Below are positions 46,606 to 55,948 of a stretch of 64,000 nt of DNA, one piece after another (within the stretch, counting starts at the first letter, position 1; each line of letters starts with the position of its first letter). Both the position numbers and the translations under genes were made by a program. The stretch covers positions 11,898 through 75,897 of the forward strand of contig CAJOEW010000009.1 of the NCBI GenBank assembly GCA_905233525.1. Direction: 5' to 3'. Below the pieces are notes generated by a model. That model was not told the DNA's origin, ran no database searches, and saw only the letters and a program-made list of their open reading frames with translations. This DNA comes from an uncultured Synergistales bacterium. Its GTDB lineage: Bacteria > Synergistota > Synergistia > Synergistales > Aminobacteriaceae.

Positions 46606-47365
46606 TTGCCAGCACGTGTAATAGTAATAACATCAGGCAAAGGCGGAGTCGGTAAGACAACATCAACAGCTAATATCGCAGCAGCTTTAGCCAAATTCGG
46701 AAAAAAAGTAGTAGCAGTTGACGCGGACGTAGGATTAAGAAATCTTGACGTTATCATGGGACTTGAAAACAGAGTCGTATTTAATTTTATTGACGTTATC
46801 GAACAGACCTGCAAATTAAATCAAGCACTCGTAAAAGATAAACGCGTTCCAGGATTATATTTACTGCCGGCTGCTCAAACAAGAACAAAAGACGCTGTTA
46901 ACCCTGAACAAATGATAGCGTTATGTGAAGAATTAAAACCTGAGTTTGATTTTATTTTGCTTGATTGTCCTGCAGGAATTGAAGGAGGTTTTAAAAATGC
47001 TGCTGCCGGTGCTGAAGAAGCTCTAGTTGTAACAACGCCGGAAATACCTGCAGTTAGAGACGCTGACAGAATAATCGGAATGCTCGAATCAATGGGAAAA
47101 TCTCCTATCAGGCTAATAATAAACCGCTTACGCCCTAACATGGTTCAGGACGGAGATATGTTGGCTAAAGATGATATTCTTGACGTGCTTTCAATTGATT
47201 TAATCGGTGTAGTGCCTGAAGATGAAAGCGTTACACGCTTATTTAAATATAGCTGAAAGGATTTTGGGCAATGATGTTCCGTTAATGGATCTTGAAAGTT
47301 ATACATCACGAGGAATATTAAGCTGGATCAAAAGGCTGTTCACACGTAGAGCGAGGCAGCGTTAG
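46606..47365 (+). pseudogene. minD: septum site-determining ATPase MinD, disrupted by an internal deletion and frameshift
   Basis: The frame with the deviant Walker A motif (SGKGGVGKTT) ends prematurely at 47256 (...GVVPEDESVTRLFKYS*). The +1 frame (47222-47365) encodes ...AYLNIAERILGNDVPLMDLESYTSRGILSWIKRLF..., the canonical MinD C-terminus. That frame ends just before the minE SD. Confidence 0.75.
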
Positions 47366-47376
47366 AGGTGAGTACT

Positions 47377-47655
47377 ATGGAATTTTTAAAACGGCTGTTC
47401 GGTGTAGGAAGTGAAGGTTCAGGCGCAAAGGCTAAAGATCGTTTACGTATTGTACTCATTCACGACAGAACAGATATATCGCCTCAATTATTAGATAGCC
47501 TTCGTGAAGAAATTGTCTCGGTGTTATCAAAATATATGGACATCGATAACGATAAAATCGAAATAGATCTGGATCGAGATGAAAAAGCTGTAGCATTAGT
47601 CGCTAATATTCCGGTTTTAAGAATTAAGCGCGGTAATGTCGAGATGAAAGACTAA
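47377..47655 (+). CDS. minE: cell division topological specificity factor MinE
   Basis: MEFLKRLFG...AKDRLRIVLIHDR is the classical MinE pattern. I chose ATG 47377 because GAGGTG lies 6 nt upstream. Confidence 0.88.
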   Translation: MEFLKRLFGVGSEGSGAKAKDRLRIVLIHDRTDISPQLLDSLREEIVSVLSKYMDIDNDKIEIDLDRDEKAVALVANIPVLRIKRGNVEMKD

Positions 47656-47700
47656 ATCAAAATAAAAAATTTTTATCCTGCAATTAAATTAAAAACTTAA

Positions 47701-48825
47701 ATGAAAGTTTTTTTTGAACGTCTCCGCGAGATATTTGCATTGACCGACAGAATTTTGTTGTTCAGTGCTGTTATTCTTGCTGTATCAGGAATTTTTTGTA
47801 TATACAGCGCTGCTTCCGGAGCTGTGAATAGCGGACGCGGATTTGATTTTGCAATGCGTCAGTGCAGCTGGTTTATCGTGAGCTTGCTTCTTATGTTCAT
47901 GGTAATGTTCGCCGGATATTATAAATTATTAGACGGTGCTTACCCATTGTACGGCCTTATGTTGTTGTTATTATTATTGACGGCTTTACTTGCTCCAAAA
48001 GTTAACGGTGCTCAAAGCTGGCTCGGATTTGGCGGTATAAGATTTCAGCCGAGTGAATTTGCAAAAATTGTAATTATTCTCGTAATGTCAAAATTCTTGA
48101 GCCGTTATCCTCCGATTGATTTTAAAACTTTCATGGCCGGTATCGGTATAGTAATGCTGCCTGTAATTTTGGTCTTGCTACAGCCTGATGCAGGAAGTGC
48201 GCTTGTATATCTTGTTATAGCGTTTGGAATGCTTTTAGCTGCCGGAACGCCTTTTAAATTTTTGGGAAGTCTTGTCGGTTTGGGACTGGCTGTTATTCCG
48301 ATCGCTTATTTTTTCGTTTTAAAAGAATATCAAAAAATGCGGATACTCGTTTTTATGGATCCAATGCGCGATCCTTTAGGAGCCGGCTATAACGTAATTC
48401 AATCGCGTATCGCTGTAGGTTCGGGAGGTTTTTTCGGTAAAGGCTTTTTAATGGGAACTCAGAGCAAATTAAAATTTCTTCCTGAGCCTCACACGGATTT
48501 TATATTCAGCGTATTTTCAGAAGAGTTCGGATTTTTCGGCAATATGATTTTTATTTTGTTGTTCGGAATTTTATTATTCAGAGTAATTTTTGCAGGACTC
48601 AAAACTAAAGACCGCCGCTGTAAAATTCTTGTATCCGGTATTGTGTCGTGGCTATGGTTTCAAATGTTTGAGAGTGCCGGAATGAGTATCGGAATAGTGC
48701 CTGTTACAGGATTGCCGATGCCTTTTTTGAGTTATGGCGGAAGCTCGTTATTAGCAATTTTTATAGCGCTCGGACTTGTCGCAAGTATTAGTATTGAAGG
48801 AGCAAATAATAAACGTGTCCTTTGA
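47701..48825 (+). CDS. rodA: rod shape-determining protein RodA (SEDS family)
   Basis: This is an FtsW/RodA/SpoVE polytopic protein containing FQPSEFAK and PEPHTDFIF. Confidence 0.9.
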   Translation: MKVFFERLREIFALTDRILLFSAVILAVSGIFCIYSAASGAVNSGRGFDFAMRQCSWFIVSLLLMFMVMFAGYYKLLDGAYPLYGLMLLLLLLTALLAPKVNGAQSWLGFGGIRFQPSEFAKIVIILVMSKFLSRYPPIDFKTFMAGIGIVMLPVILVLLQPDAGSALVYLVIAFGMLLAAGTPFKFLGSLVGLGLAVIPIAYFFVLKEYQKMRILVFMDPMRDPLGAGYNVIQSRIAVGSGGFFGKGFLMGTQSKLKFLPEPHTDFIFSVFSEEFGFFGNMIFILLFGILLFRVIFAGLKTKDRRCKILVSGIVSWLWFQMFESAGMSIGIVPVTGLPMPFLSYGGSSLLAIFIALGLVASISIEGANNKRVL

Positions 48826-50614
48826 ATTTGAAGAATTTAAAAATCCTGAATGGAAATTATTAACTCAGGTCGCAAGGCCATCACGTTATGCAGGCTGCGA
48901 ATTTAACCCGTATGAAAAAATTGACTGGGATAAAGCAAATTTAAAAATATGTCTCGCTTTTCCTGATGTGTATGAAACTGGAATGAGCTATTACGGTTTT
49001 CAATTGATCGAAGGTTTTATTTACTCGCTGAATAAAAATTATCTCGTTGACCGCGCTTATTCGGTATGGCCTGATATGGAAAATAAATTACGTGAAAATA
49101 ATTTATTACTGCGTTCGATTGAGAATAAAAAAAATCTTAACGAGTTCGATATTATAGGCTTCACATTACCGCATGAGTCAAGCTATACAAATATTTTAAG
49201 CATGATCGAATTGTCAGGGCTTGCGCTCAAAAATATTGATCGTCAAAAAAAAAATATGCCTCTGATAATTGCTGGAGGTTATGGAGCGTATGTACCTGAA
49301 ATTTTAGCCGATTTCATTGATATTTTCTGCGTCGGTGAAGCTGAAGCCGTATTACCTGAATTATTAAACGCCGTCGAAAATTCTAAAGGTCTCGAAAAAA
49401 ATTTAATCCTCAAACATTGCGAAAATATACCAGGTTTATATATTCCGGAAATTTTTAAATCAGGCCATGTCGTAAAACGTCAATATGCTCAAAAAAATTT
49501 CATTCCGGAATCTATGATCGTTCCAAGTGTAAATATCGTTCATGACCGCGCCGCTGTTGAGTTGTTCAAAGGCTGCGGAAGAGGGTGCAGATTTTGTCAG
49601 GCCGGCATGGTGAACAGACCTGTACGAGAAAATGACGTTAACGAAATTTCAGAAGCTATTTTAAAAATTTTACGCTCAACAGGTTATGAAGAATTAGGCT
49701 TATTATCGTTAGCTTCATGTGATTATTCTGGAATTGATTTTTTAATAGACGCTCTGTTTGATGAAATGAAAGCACGAAAATTAAAATTAAGTCTTCCAAG
49801 TTTACGCATGGACGGTTTTTCGGTCGGATTGGCTGATCGGCTCGTCAAATTAAATTCACGTCGAGGCGGTATAACTTTTGCTCCAGAGGCCGGCACTCAA
49901 AGATTACGCGATGTAATTAACAAAGGCATTGATGAAAATACAATCAAATCATGTTTAACCGGCATATTCTCAAAAGGCTGGGAACATGTCAAATTATATT
50001 TCATGATGGGTTTACCGACTGAAACTGATGATGATTTAAATGCAATTCCTGAAATCGCTTATGAGACTCTGAAATTAGCGCGCTCATTAGGACGTAAACG
50101 TGCAAGCGTCACAGTTAGTGTATCTGGATTCGTTCCGAAAGCTCACACGCCTTTTCAATGGGAACGCCAAAATAATATAAACGAATTGCGCGAAAAAGGA
50201 CGTTATTTAAAATCAAGAGTGCGAGACAAAAATATTACGCTGAATTATCATGAGCCTGAGCTGACTTTTTTAGAAGGCGTTTTATCACGAGGCGACAGGA
50301 AATTATGCAAAGTTATTGAACGAGCTTATAAAACCGGCGCGCGCTTTGACAGCTGGTCAGAATGTTTTGATTTGCAAAATTGGCTGAACGCTTTTGAATT
50401 TTGCGGACTCGATCCTGATTTTTATACTCGCGAACGTTCGGAGGATGAAATTTTGCCGTGGGATTTTATAGACGTTGGAGTAACTAAAAATTTTCTGCTG
50501 CGTGAACGTCATAAGGCTTATTCGGGAATTTTAACGGCTGATTGTAAATCCGGTTGCGGTGTGTGCGGTTTAGAATGCAAGAACAAAAATTTTAGGCAGG
50601 TTGAAAAATTATGA
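48815..50614 (+). CDS. TIGR03960-type radical SAM protein
   Basis: The CxxxCxxC motif CGRGCRFC is present. The gene has the conserved position upstream of a TIGR03936 (DUF2344) gene and rng. GTG 48815 is preferred as the start, but the ORF-track ATG 48776 is also possible. Confidence 0.75.
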   Translation: MSFEFEEFKNPEWKLLTQVARPSRYAGCEFNPYEKIDWDKANLKICLAFPDVYETGMSYYGFQLIEGFIYSLNKNYLVDRAYSVWPDMENKLRENNLLLRSIENKKNLNEFDIIGFTLPHESSYTNILSMIELSGLALKNIDRQKKNMPLIIAGGYGAYVPEILADFIDIFCVGEAEAVLPELLNAVENSKGLEKNLILKHCENIPGLYIPEIFKSGHVVKRQYAQKNFIPESMIVPSVNIVHDRAAVELFKGCGRGCRFCQAGMVNRPVRENDVNEISEAILKILRSTGYEELGLLSLASCDYSGIDFLIDALFDEMKARKLKLSLPSLRMDGFSVGLADRLVKLNSRRGGITFAPEAGTQRLRDVINKGIDENTIKSCLTGIFSKGWEHVKLYFMMGLPTETDDDLNAIPEIAYETLKLARSLGRKRASVTVSVSGFVPKAHTPFQWERQNNINELREKGRYLKSRVRDKNITLNYHEPELTFLEGVLSRGDRKLCKVIERAYKTGARFDSWSECFDLQNWLNAFEFCGLDPDFYTRERSEDEILPWDFIDVGVTKNFLLRERHKAYSGILTADCKSGCGVCGLECKNKNFRQVEKL

Positions 50615-51198
50615 GCGTCCGAATTAGATTGCAATATTCAAAAAGAGGCGGAGCTTGTTTTGTGCCTCATATAGCTTTAGCACAGGTATTTTCACGTTCA
50701 GCGACAAGAGCAGGCTTAAAAATGGAAATGACTCAGGGATTTTCACCGCGTCCGAAAATTAGTTTTGCTCCTGAACTGCCTGCCGGTGTAGTTGCGTTAA
50801 ATGAACTCGTTGATATTTATTTTGAAGACGTGCCTGGAAATTTAAAAGAGCTTTTAAATAATTCGCTGCCGGACGGTTTTAAAGTGAATGAAATTATTTA
50901 TCCGCTTGAAAATTCTGTATCGCTCGGCAAAATTTGTAAGCAGGCTCTATATTATTCTAAATGCGAAAATAAACAAGCGCATGATCTTAAAATGCAAGCC
51001 GAAAATTATTTTAACGATCAGATTCTGAAAATAAAATTAAACGCTGAAAACTGGTTAATATTCGTCGTGAGTAATCCTGCTCAAAATAGTATAGGAGGCT
51101 GGATAAAAAATATGATAGCGAATGATTTTATAAAAGGCTGGCACGAAATAAATCTAGTCAGAGCAGCAATAGGAAGCAGTGTGAATTTTTATGACTGA
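50611..51198 (+). CDS. TIGR03936/DUF2344 radical-SAM-associated protein
   Basis: Contains RIRLQYSKRGGACFVPHIALAQVFSRSATRAGL...QGFSPRPKISF. Its start forms an ATGA overlap with the preceding gene. Confidence 0.7.
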   Translation: MSVRIRLQYSKRGGACFVPHIALAQVFSRSATRAGLKMEMTQGFSPRPKISFAPELPAGVVALNELVDIYFEDVPGNLKELLNNSLPDGFKVNEIIYPLENSVSLGKICKQALYYSKCENKQAHDLKMQAENYFNDQILKIKLNAENWLIFVVSNPAQNSIGGWIKNMIANDFIKGWHEINLVRAAIGSSVNFYD

Positions 51199-52750
51199 TG
51201 TAAAAATAATAGCCGACGTAAAAGAACATGAACAAACGCGCGTCGCAATTCTTGAAAATAATAAGCTCGTTGAATTATTTATAGAATATGACTTTAATTT
51301 GCCTGCGTCAGGATTTTTGCGCGAGGGTGATATTTTCAAAGCTCGTGTTGATAATATTGTACCTGGAATAAATGCCGCGTTCGTAGCTTTGCATTCTAAG
51401 AATTCAAATTCAGAAGCTCCAAGAAATGCATTTTTATTTTTAAGTGATACCGTTAACGAGATCAAACACGGTAATGAAATTATTGTACAGGTTGTAAAGA
51501 ACGCCCGGAAGAATAAAGCGCCTCGAGTTACTGAAAAAATTTCGATTCCAGGCCGTTGGGTGGTTTTGATGCCTGATAATGATGAGATAGGCGTTTCAAA
51601 AAGAATATTTGACGATAACGAGAGAAAACGCTTGAAAAAAATTGCTGTTAATCTGAAAAATTCTCTTCATGAAAATTTAAATGAAAATTTCGGCGTGATA
51701 ATCAGAACAGCAGCAGAAGGCGTTGACGAAAATTTATTACGCTCTGATCTTGATAATCTCATAAATTTATGGAACGAGATCAAAAATAAAGCTGATAATA
51801 ATCACGCGCCCTGCTTGTTATACCGTGATACAGGAGCTTTAGGAAAAGTTTTGCGCGATGAAATTTCAGGACATATCGATGAAATAATTTTAGATGACGC
51901 TGAAGAATTTCAACGAGTGAAAGATTTTACAGAGCGTTTTTATCCTGATAAGCCTGAAATAAAAATTTATGACGGAATCTCGCCGATATTCGAATGTTAC
52001 GGAATTGAAAGCGAAATCGCAAGAGCCGTTGACCGTAAAGTGTGGTTGAAGAGCGGAGCTTATCTTGTTATCGATCAGACAGAAGCATTAACAGTTATTG
52101 ACGTTAACACCGGAAAATTTACAAGCGCGCCTGATATGAGACATACTATATTATCAACGAATTTAGAAGCAGCCGAAGAGATCGCACGCCAAATAAGATT
52201 AAGAGCAATCGGAGGAATCGTTGTTGTAGATTTTATAGATATGAATTTTGATGACGACCGCCGGGAATTATTAACGCATTTTGAAAAATTATTATGCCAT
52301 GACAGATTAAAAGCGCGTGTATTCAGTATTACCCAGCTCGGATTAGTAGAATTAACACGCAAAAGAGGACGGCAGGATTTAAAAAGCATCATGACGCGTA
52401 ATTGTCCTTTGTGCGGCGATAACGGCTGGGTGTTAAAAGAAGAGAATATAGCCATGAATGTAAAACGCTTTATCAGAAAAATAACACGCGCAAATAATTC
52501 AAAAGCCTTTTTGATTCAAGTTCATGCCTCGATCGCTGAATATATAAATAATTTTCTGGAAGATTGGGAAAATGAATTCAACCGCAGAATTTTAATCGCA
52601 GCTATGCCTACTCATTCATGGGCGTGGAGTAAATACAGAGTCGAAGCTCAAGGCGGTATAAATGAAATTGAAGCCTGCGCAAATGATTTAAACGTCAGGA
52701 GCGGAGGACGGATAATAATTTTTGATACGGCTAAGAAAAATTTTTCATGA
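51191..52750 (+). CDS. rng: ribonuclease G/E family (Rne/Rng)
   Basis: Contains an S1-like N-terminus (GDIFKARVDNIVPGINAAFV) and the catalytic core (VIDQTEALTVIDVNTGKF, GGIVVVDFIDM). Confidence 0.88.
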   Translation: MTDVKIIADVKEHEQTRVAILENNKLVELFIEYDFNLPASGFLREGDIFKARVDNIVPGINAAFVALHSKNSNSEAPRNAFLFLSDTVNEIKHGNEIIVQVVKNARKNKAPRVTEKISIPGRWVVLMPDNDEIGVSKRIFDDNERKRLKKIAVNLKNSLHENLNENFGVIIRTAAEGVDENLLRSDLDNLINLWNEIKNKADNNHAPCLLYRDTGALGKVLRDEISGHIDEIILDDAEEFQRVKDFTERFYPDKPEIKIYDGISPIFECYGIESEIARAVDRKVWLKSGAYLVIDQTEALTVIDVNTGKFTSAPDMRHTILSTNLEAAEEIARQIRLRAIGGIVVVDFIDMNFDDDRRELLTHFEKLLCHDRLKARVFSITQLGLVELTRKRGRQDLKSIMTRNCPLCGDNGWVLKEENIAMNVKRFIRKITRANNSKAFLIQVHASIAEYINNFLEDWENEFNRRILIAAMPTHSWAWSKYRVEAQGGINEIEACANDLNVRSGGRIIIFDTAKKNFS

Positions 52751-53469
52751 ACACGACTTGCGACGAGCTTTTAAACGGAAAATTAAAACTCATTCAGCCA
52801 AAACAGGGACCGCGCGTAAATCTTGATACGGTTCTATTAGCTTCATGGGTAAGATTTCGTGCTCGTCATAATAATTATATTGAATTAGGTTGTGCTGCAG
52901 GAGCCGTTACGATTATGTTAGCGCAGCGCAATTTAAAAATAAATATAACCGGAGTTGACATTCAAGAGGATTTAATAATGCTTGCGCGTGAAAATTTGAG
53001 CCTGAATAATTTTAATGATTCCGAACGAATAAAATTTATCGCCGGTGATCTTCGTGATAAAAAAATTTTGCCGGAACAATTTTTTGACGCTGCAATTATG
53101 AATCCTCCGTACACTTCAAATAAACATGGACGAGCCAGCGGTAATAAATCACGAATGACGGCGCGTATTGATGATAATTGCACACCTGAAGATCTTGCGC
53201 GTGCTGTATATAGAATTTTAAAATCCCGCGGGCGTTTCTTTACGGTTTTTAAATCCGAGCGCATGGCCGAATTTTTAGCGGTTATGATTAAATTCAAGCT
53301 TATGCCTAAACGAATAAAATTTATATTTCCAAAACACGGCTCGGACTCAAATATTTTTTTATGTGAATTTATAAAAGACGGTGGAGAAATTTTAGAGATA
53401 ATGCCGCCGATGTTTGTATATAATTCCGACGGATCTTACACCGAAGAATTATTGAGCGCGTATAATTAG
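52747..53469 (+). CDS. tRNA (adenine-N6)-methyltransferase-like SAM methyltransferase (TrmN6/YfiC-like)
   Basis: Contains the NPPY motif (IMNPPYTS) and a SAM-binding ELGCAAGA motif. Confidence 0.65.
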   Translation: MNTTCDELLNGKLKLIQPKQGPRVNLDTVLLASWVRFRARHNNYIELGCAAGAVTIMLAQRNLKINITGVDIQEDLIMLARENLSLNNFNDSERIKFIAGDLRDKKILPEQFFDAAIMNPPYTSNKHGRASGNKSRMTARIDDNCTPEDLARAVYRILKSRGRFFTVFKSERMAEFLAVMIKFKLMPKRIKFIFPKHGSDSNIFLCEFIKDGGEILEIMPPMFVYNSDGSYTEELLSAYN

Positions 53470-53472
53470 CCT

Positions 53473-54531
53473 ATGTTTGGATTATTATTAATAGTTACAT
53501 CGTTGTACTTGCGCATGAAATTACAACAAGCCGGCGTTAATTCGCTTGTATTAAAAATTTTTATGGCGTTCACAATTATAAGCGTTATTGTTTATGAAAC
53601 GGCGTTCTTCTTTAAAAAATTTTATCCAGGCCGTTCAGGTGAGATATTATATGCTGCAATATTCACGGTCATAATAATTTTCTTATTGGCTTCGTTGTCG
53701 TTCGGACTTGTTGATTTGTTAACATGCTTCAAAAAATTTACACGCAGTAAAATTATTATCGCGCTCGCAATTACATCAATAATTTCAATTTACGGATTCT
53801 GCGAAGCGTATTTTGTGAGGCCGGTTTTTATTGAGCTTAAGACTAATAAATTACCTGTTGATATAAAAAAAATCAGGCTCGTTTATTTAACAGATGTTCA
53901 TTTAGGAGGAATTTATACGCGCTGGCATTTCGATCGAGTCATGAATATCGTAAACGAAGCAAAACCTGATATTTTTATTTTAGCTGGCGATATTGTTGAC
54001 GGCGATATTAGTTACAGAGAATACGAATTAAATTTATTACGTGCAGCAGCTGAAAATTCAAAATACGGCGCTTTCGCAGTCAATGGTAATCACGAGTATT
54101 ATCACATTTTTGAAGAAGACGTTGAAAATATTATACGTGAATACGGATTTGATTATTTAATCGACGAACGAAGGGAATTACAAAATTTAAATATGGTCGT
54201 TATCGGTTTTGATGATAAAAAATTCGGCTGGATAAGTCCCTATTTACATGAAGACGATCATAAAAAATTCATACTGGTTATAAAACATCGTCCAGGCTTA
54301 CCGAATGACGCTGAAAATAATTTTGATCTCCAAATATCCGGACATACTCATAACGGTCAATTTTGGCCGCTGGGATATTTTAAAAATTTATCGTCAAAAA
54401 GTTCGCAGGGCTTATCTTACAAATCAGGCGGAGTTGTTTACGTTTCAAGCGGTGCCGGTTTTAATGGGCCTGCTATGAGAATTTTCGCACGTCCTGAAGT
54501 TACGATAATAGATCTGGTGAACGAACAATGA
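53473..54531 (+). CDS. membrane-anchored metallophosphoesterase
   Basis: The calcineurin-like motifs DVHLGG, GDIVDG, GNHEY and GHTHNGQ are present, along with N-terminal TM helices. Confidence 0.8.
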   Translation: MFGLLLIVTSLYLRMKLQQAGVNSLVLKIFMAFTIISVIVYETAFFFKKFYPGRSGEILYAAIFTVIIIFLLASLSFGLVDLLTCFKKFTRSKIIIALAITSIISIYGFCEAYFVRPVFIELKTNKLPVDIKKIRLVYLTDVHLGGIYTRWHFDRVMNIVNEAKPDIFILAGDIVDGDISYREYELNLLRAAAENSKYGAFAVNGNHEYYHIFEEDVENIIREYGFDYLIDERRELQNLNMVVIGFDDKKFGWISPYLHEDDHKKFILVIKHRPGLPNDAENNFDLQISGHTHNGQFWPLGYFKNLSSKSSQGLSYKSGGVVYVSSGAGFNGPAMRIFARPEVTIIDLVNEQ

Positions 54532-55361
54532 GCTTATTTCTCGTGGCAACTCCGATCGGAAATCTTGAAGATATAAGCTTGCGTGCGTTAAGAATTTTGC
54601 GTGAAGCCGATATTATTGCGTGTGAAGATACAAGAACTTCAGCAATTTTATTAAATAAATACAACATCAAAAAAAAATTAATCTCGTTTCACGTCCATAA
54701 CGAAAACGAAAAAATACCTGAGCTTATAAATTTATTGCAGGCTGATAAAAATATCGCTGTGATTTCCGATGCCGGCACACCTGGAATTTCTGATCCTGGC
54801 TGGATTTTATTAAAACGCGCTCAAGATTTGGGAATATATTGCGATGTTATACCTGGAGCAAATGCAATCATACCGGCAATTTTATTATCAGGCATAAATC
54901 CAGGACGTTTTATATTTTTGGGCTTTCCTCCTGAAAAATCTTCTGCTCGTAAAAAATTATTATCAAGCGTAAAAAATTTGCCGTTCGCATTATGTTTTTA
55001 TATTTCGCCTCATAAAATTATAAAAGATTTGGCTGACATTCTCGAAATTTTGGGCGATCGTAAATGTTCATTAGTGCGTGAAATTACAAAAATACATCAG
55101 GAAATTATAAGCATGAGTATAAAAAATCTGCTCGATAAGATTTCAGCTGAAAACATCCGCGGCGAGTTGGTTTTAATAATTTCCGGCACTGATGAAAATT
55201 CGTGTGATGACTCTTGGCAAAATGAAGCAGGTAAATTATTTAACGACGGCGCAAGCGTGAAAACGATCATGAATTTATTAGCGGCCAAATATGATTTAAA
55301 AAACAGCGCCGTAAAAAATTATTTGAACAGCTTAAAATCAAATGACAGCGAAAAATTTTAA
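54528..55361 (+). CDS. rsmI: 16S rRNA (cytidine1402-2'-O)-methyltransferase
   Basis: Contains the N-terminal LFLVATPIGNLEDISLRAL and CEDTR motifs. Confidence 0.88.
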   Translation: MSLFLVATPIGNLEDISLRALRILREADIIACEDTRTSAILLNKYNIKKKLISFHVHNENEKIPELINLLQADKNIAVISDAGTPGISDPGWILLKRAQDLGIYCDVIPGANAIIPAILLSGINPGRFIFLGFPPEKSSARKKLLSSVKNLPFALCFYISPHKIIKDLADILEILGDRKCSLVREITKIHQEIISMSIKNLLDKISAENIRGELVLIISGTDENSCDDSWQNEAGKLFNDGASVKTIMNLLAAKYDLKNSAVKNYLNSLKSNDSEKF

Positions 55362-55434
55362 GCCTTGTTATTTTTATAAGCATTATATATAATTTTCATA
55401 TATAAAAAATTTATATCGGAGGTTAAATGATTTT

Positions 55435-55857
55435 ATGAAGGCTACGTATGAGAAATTTATAGAAGAAAATCAGGTTTGTAAAAATTTAGCTGATAACCGC
55501 GACGCAAAAGCGATATTTGAAATTTTAAACCGCAATGAACAAATTTATGATGCTATAAGCGCTTCTGATAGAGGAAGGCCGGCATTAGCTCCTAACGTTG
55601 ATTTACTCGAAGAATATATAAATTCGCGCGGCGAGGCTACTACGTTTGATCTGTCATCAACTTTTCATCGTACAGCCGTCGGACGCATGGAGAAAACAAT
55701 TTTAAAGCCTTTTGGTTATGAGCCGTCGAACGTCCAAAAATCTTTAATAGCTGGTCATTTCAAATCAGCCTCATGTTATGAATACGTCGGTAATGAAGAG
55801 ATGAAGCTCGTTATTAACGCAGTTGAAGCCAAAGAAGATAATAAGACAAAAAAATAA
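55435..55857 (+). CDS. hypothetical protein
   Basis: This is a 140-aa ORF with a GGAGG upstream. I recognise no family. Confidence 0.45.
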   Translation: MKATYEKFIEENQVCKNLADNRDAKAIFEILNRNEQIYDAISASDRGRPALAPNVDLLEEYINSRGEATTFDLSSTFHRTAVGRMEKTILKPFGYEPSNVQKSLIAGHFKSASCYEYVGNEEMKLVINAVEAKEDNKTKK

Positions 55858-55948
55858 TTTTTATTCTCAAATATTTATTCAAACTCAAAAAAATGCGGCA
55901 AGCTCTTAAAAAATTATCATGGCCTGCCGTTTTTTATTGCCTGATAGA

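Noticed and set aside
49245-49254. The A10 run inside the radical-SAM gene, and other A/T homopolymers of 9-10 nt (25749-25757, 54668-54676), considered as possible phase-variation tracts.
   Set aside because: A/T runs of this length are expected by composition in an AT-rich genome. They occur in housekeeping genes or terminators. Only the G11 tract stands out against the base composition.
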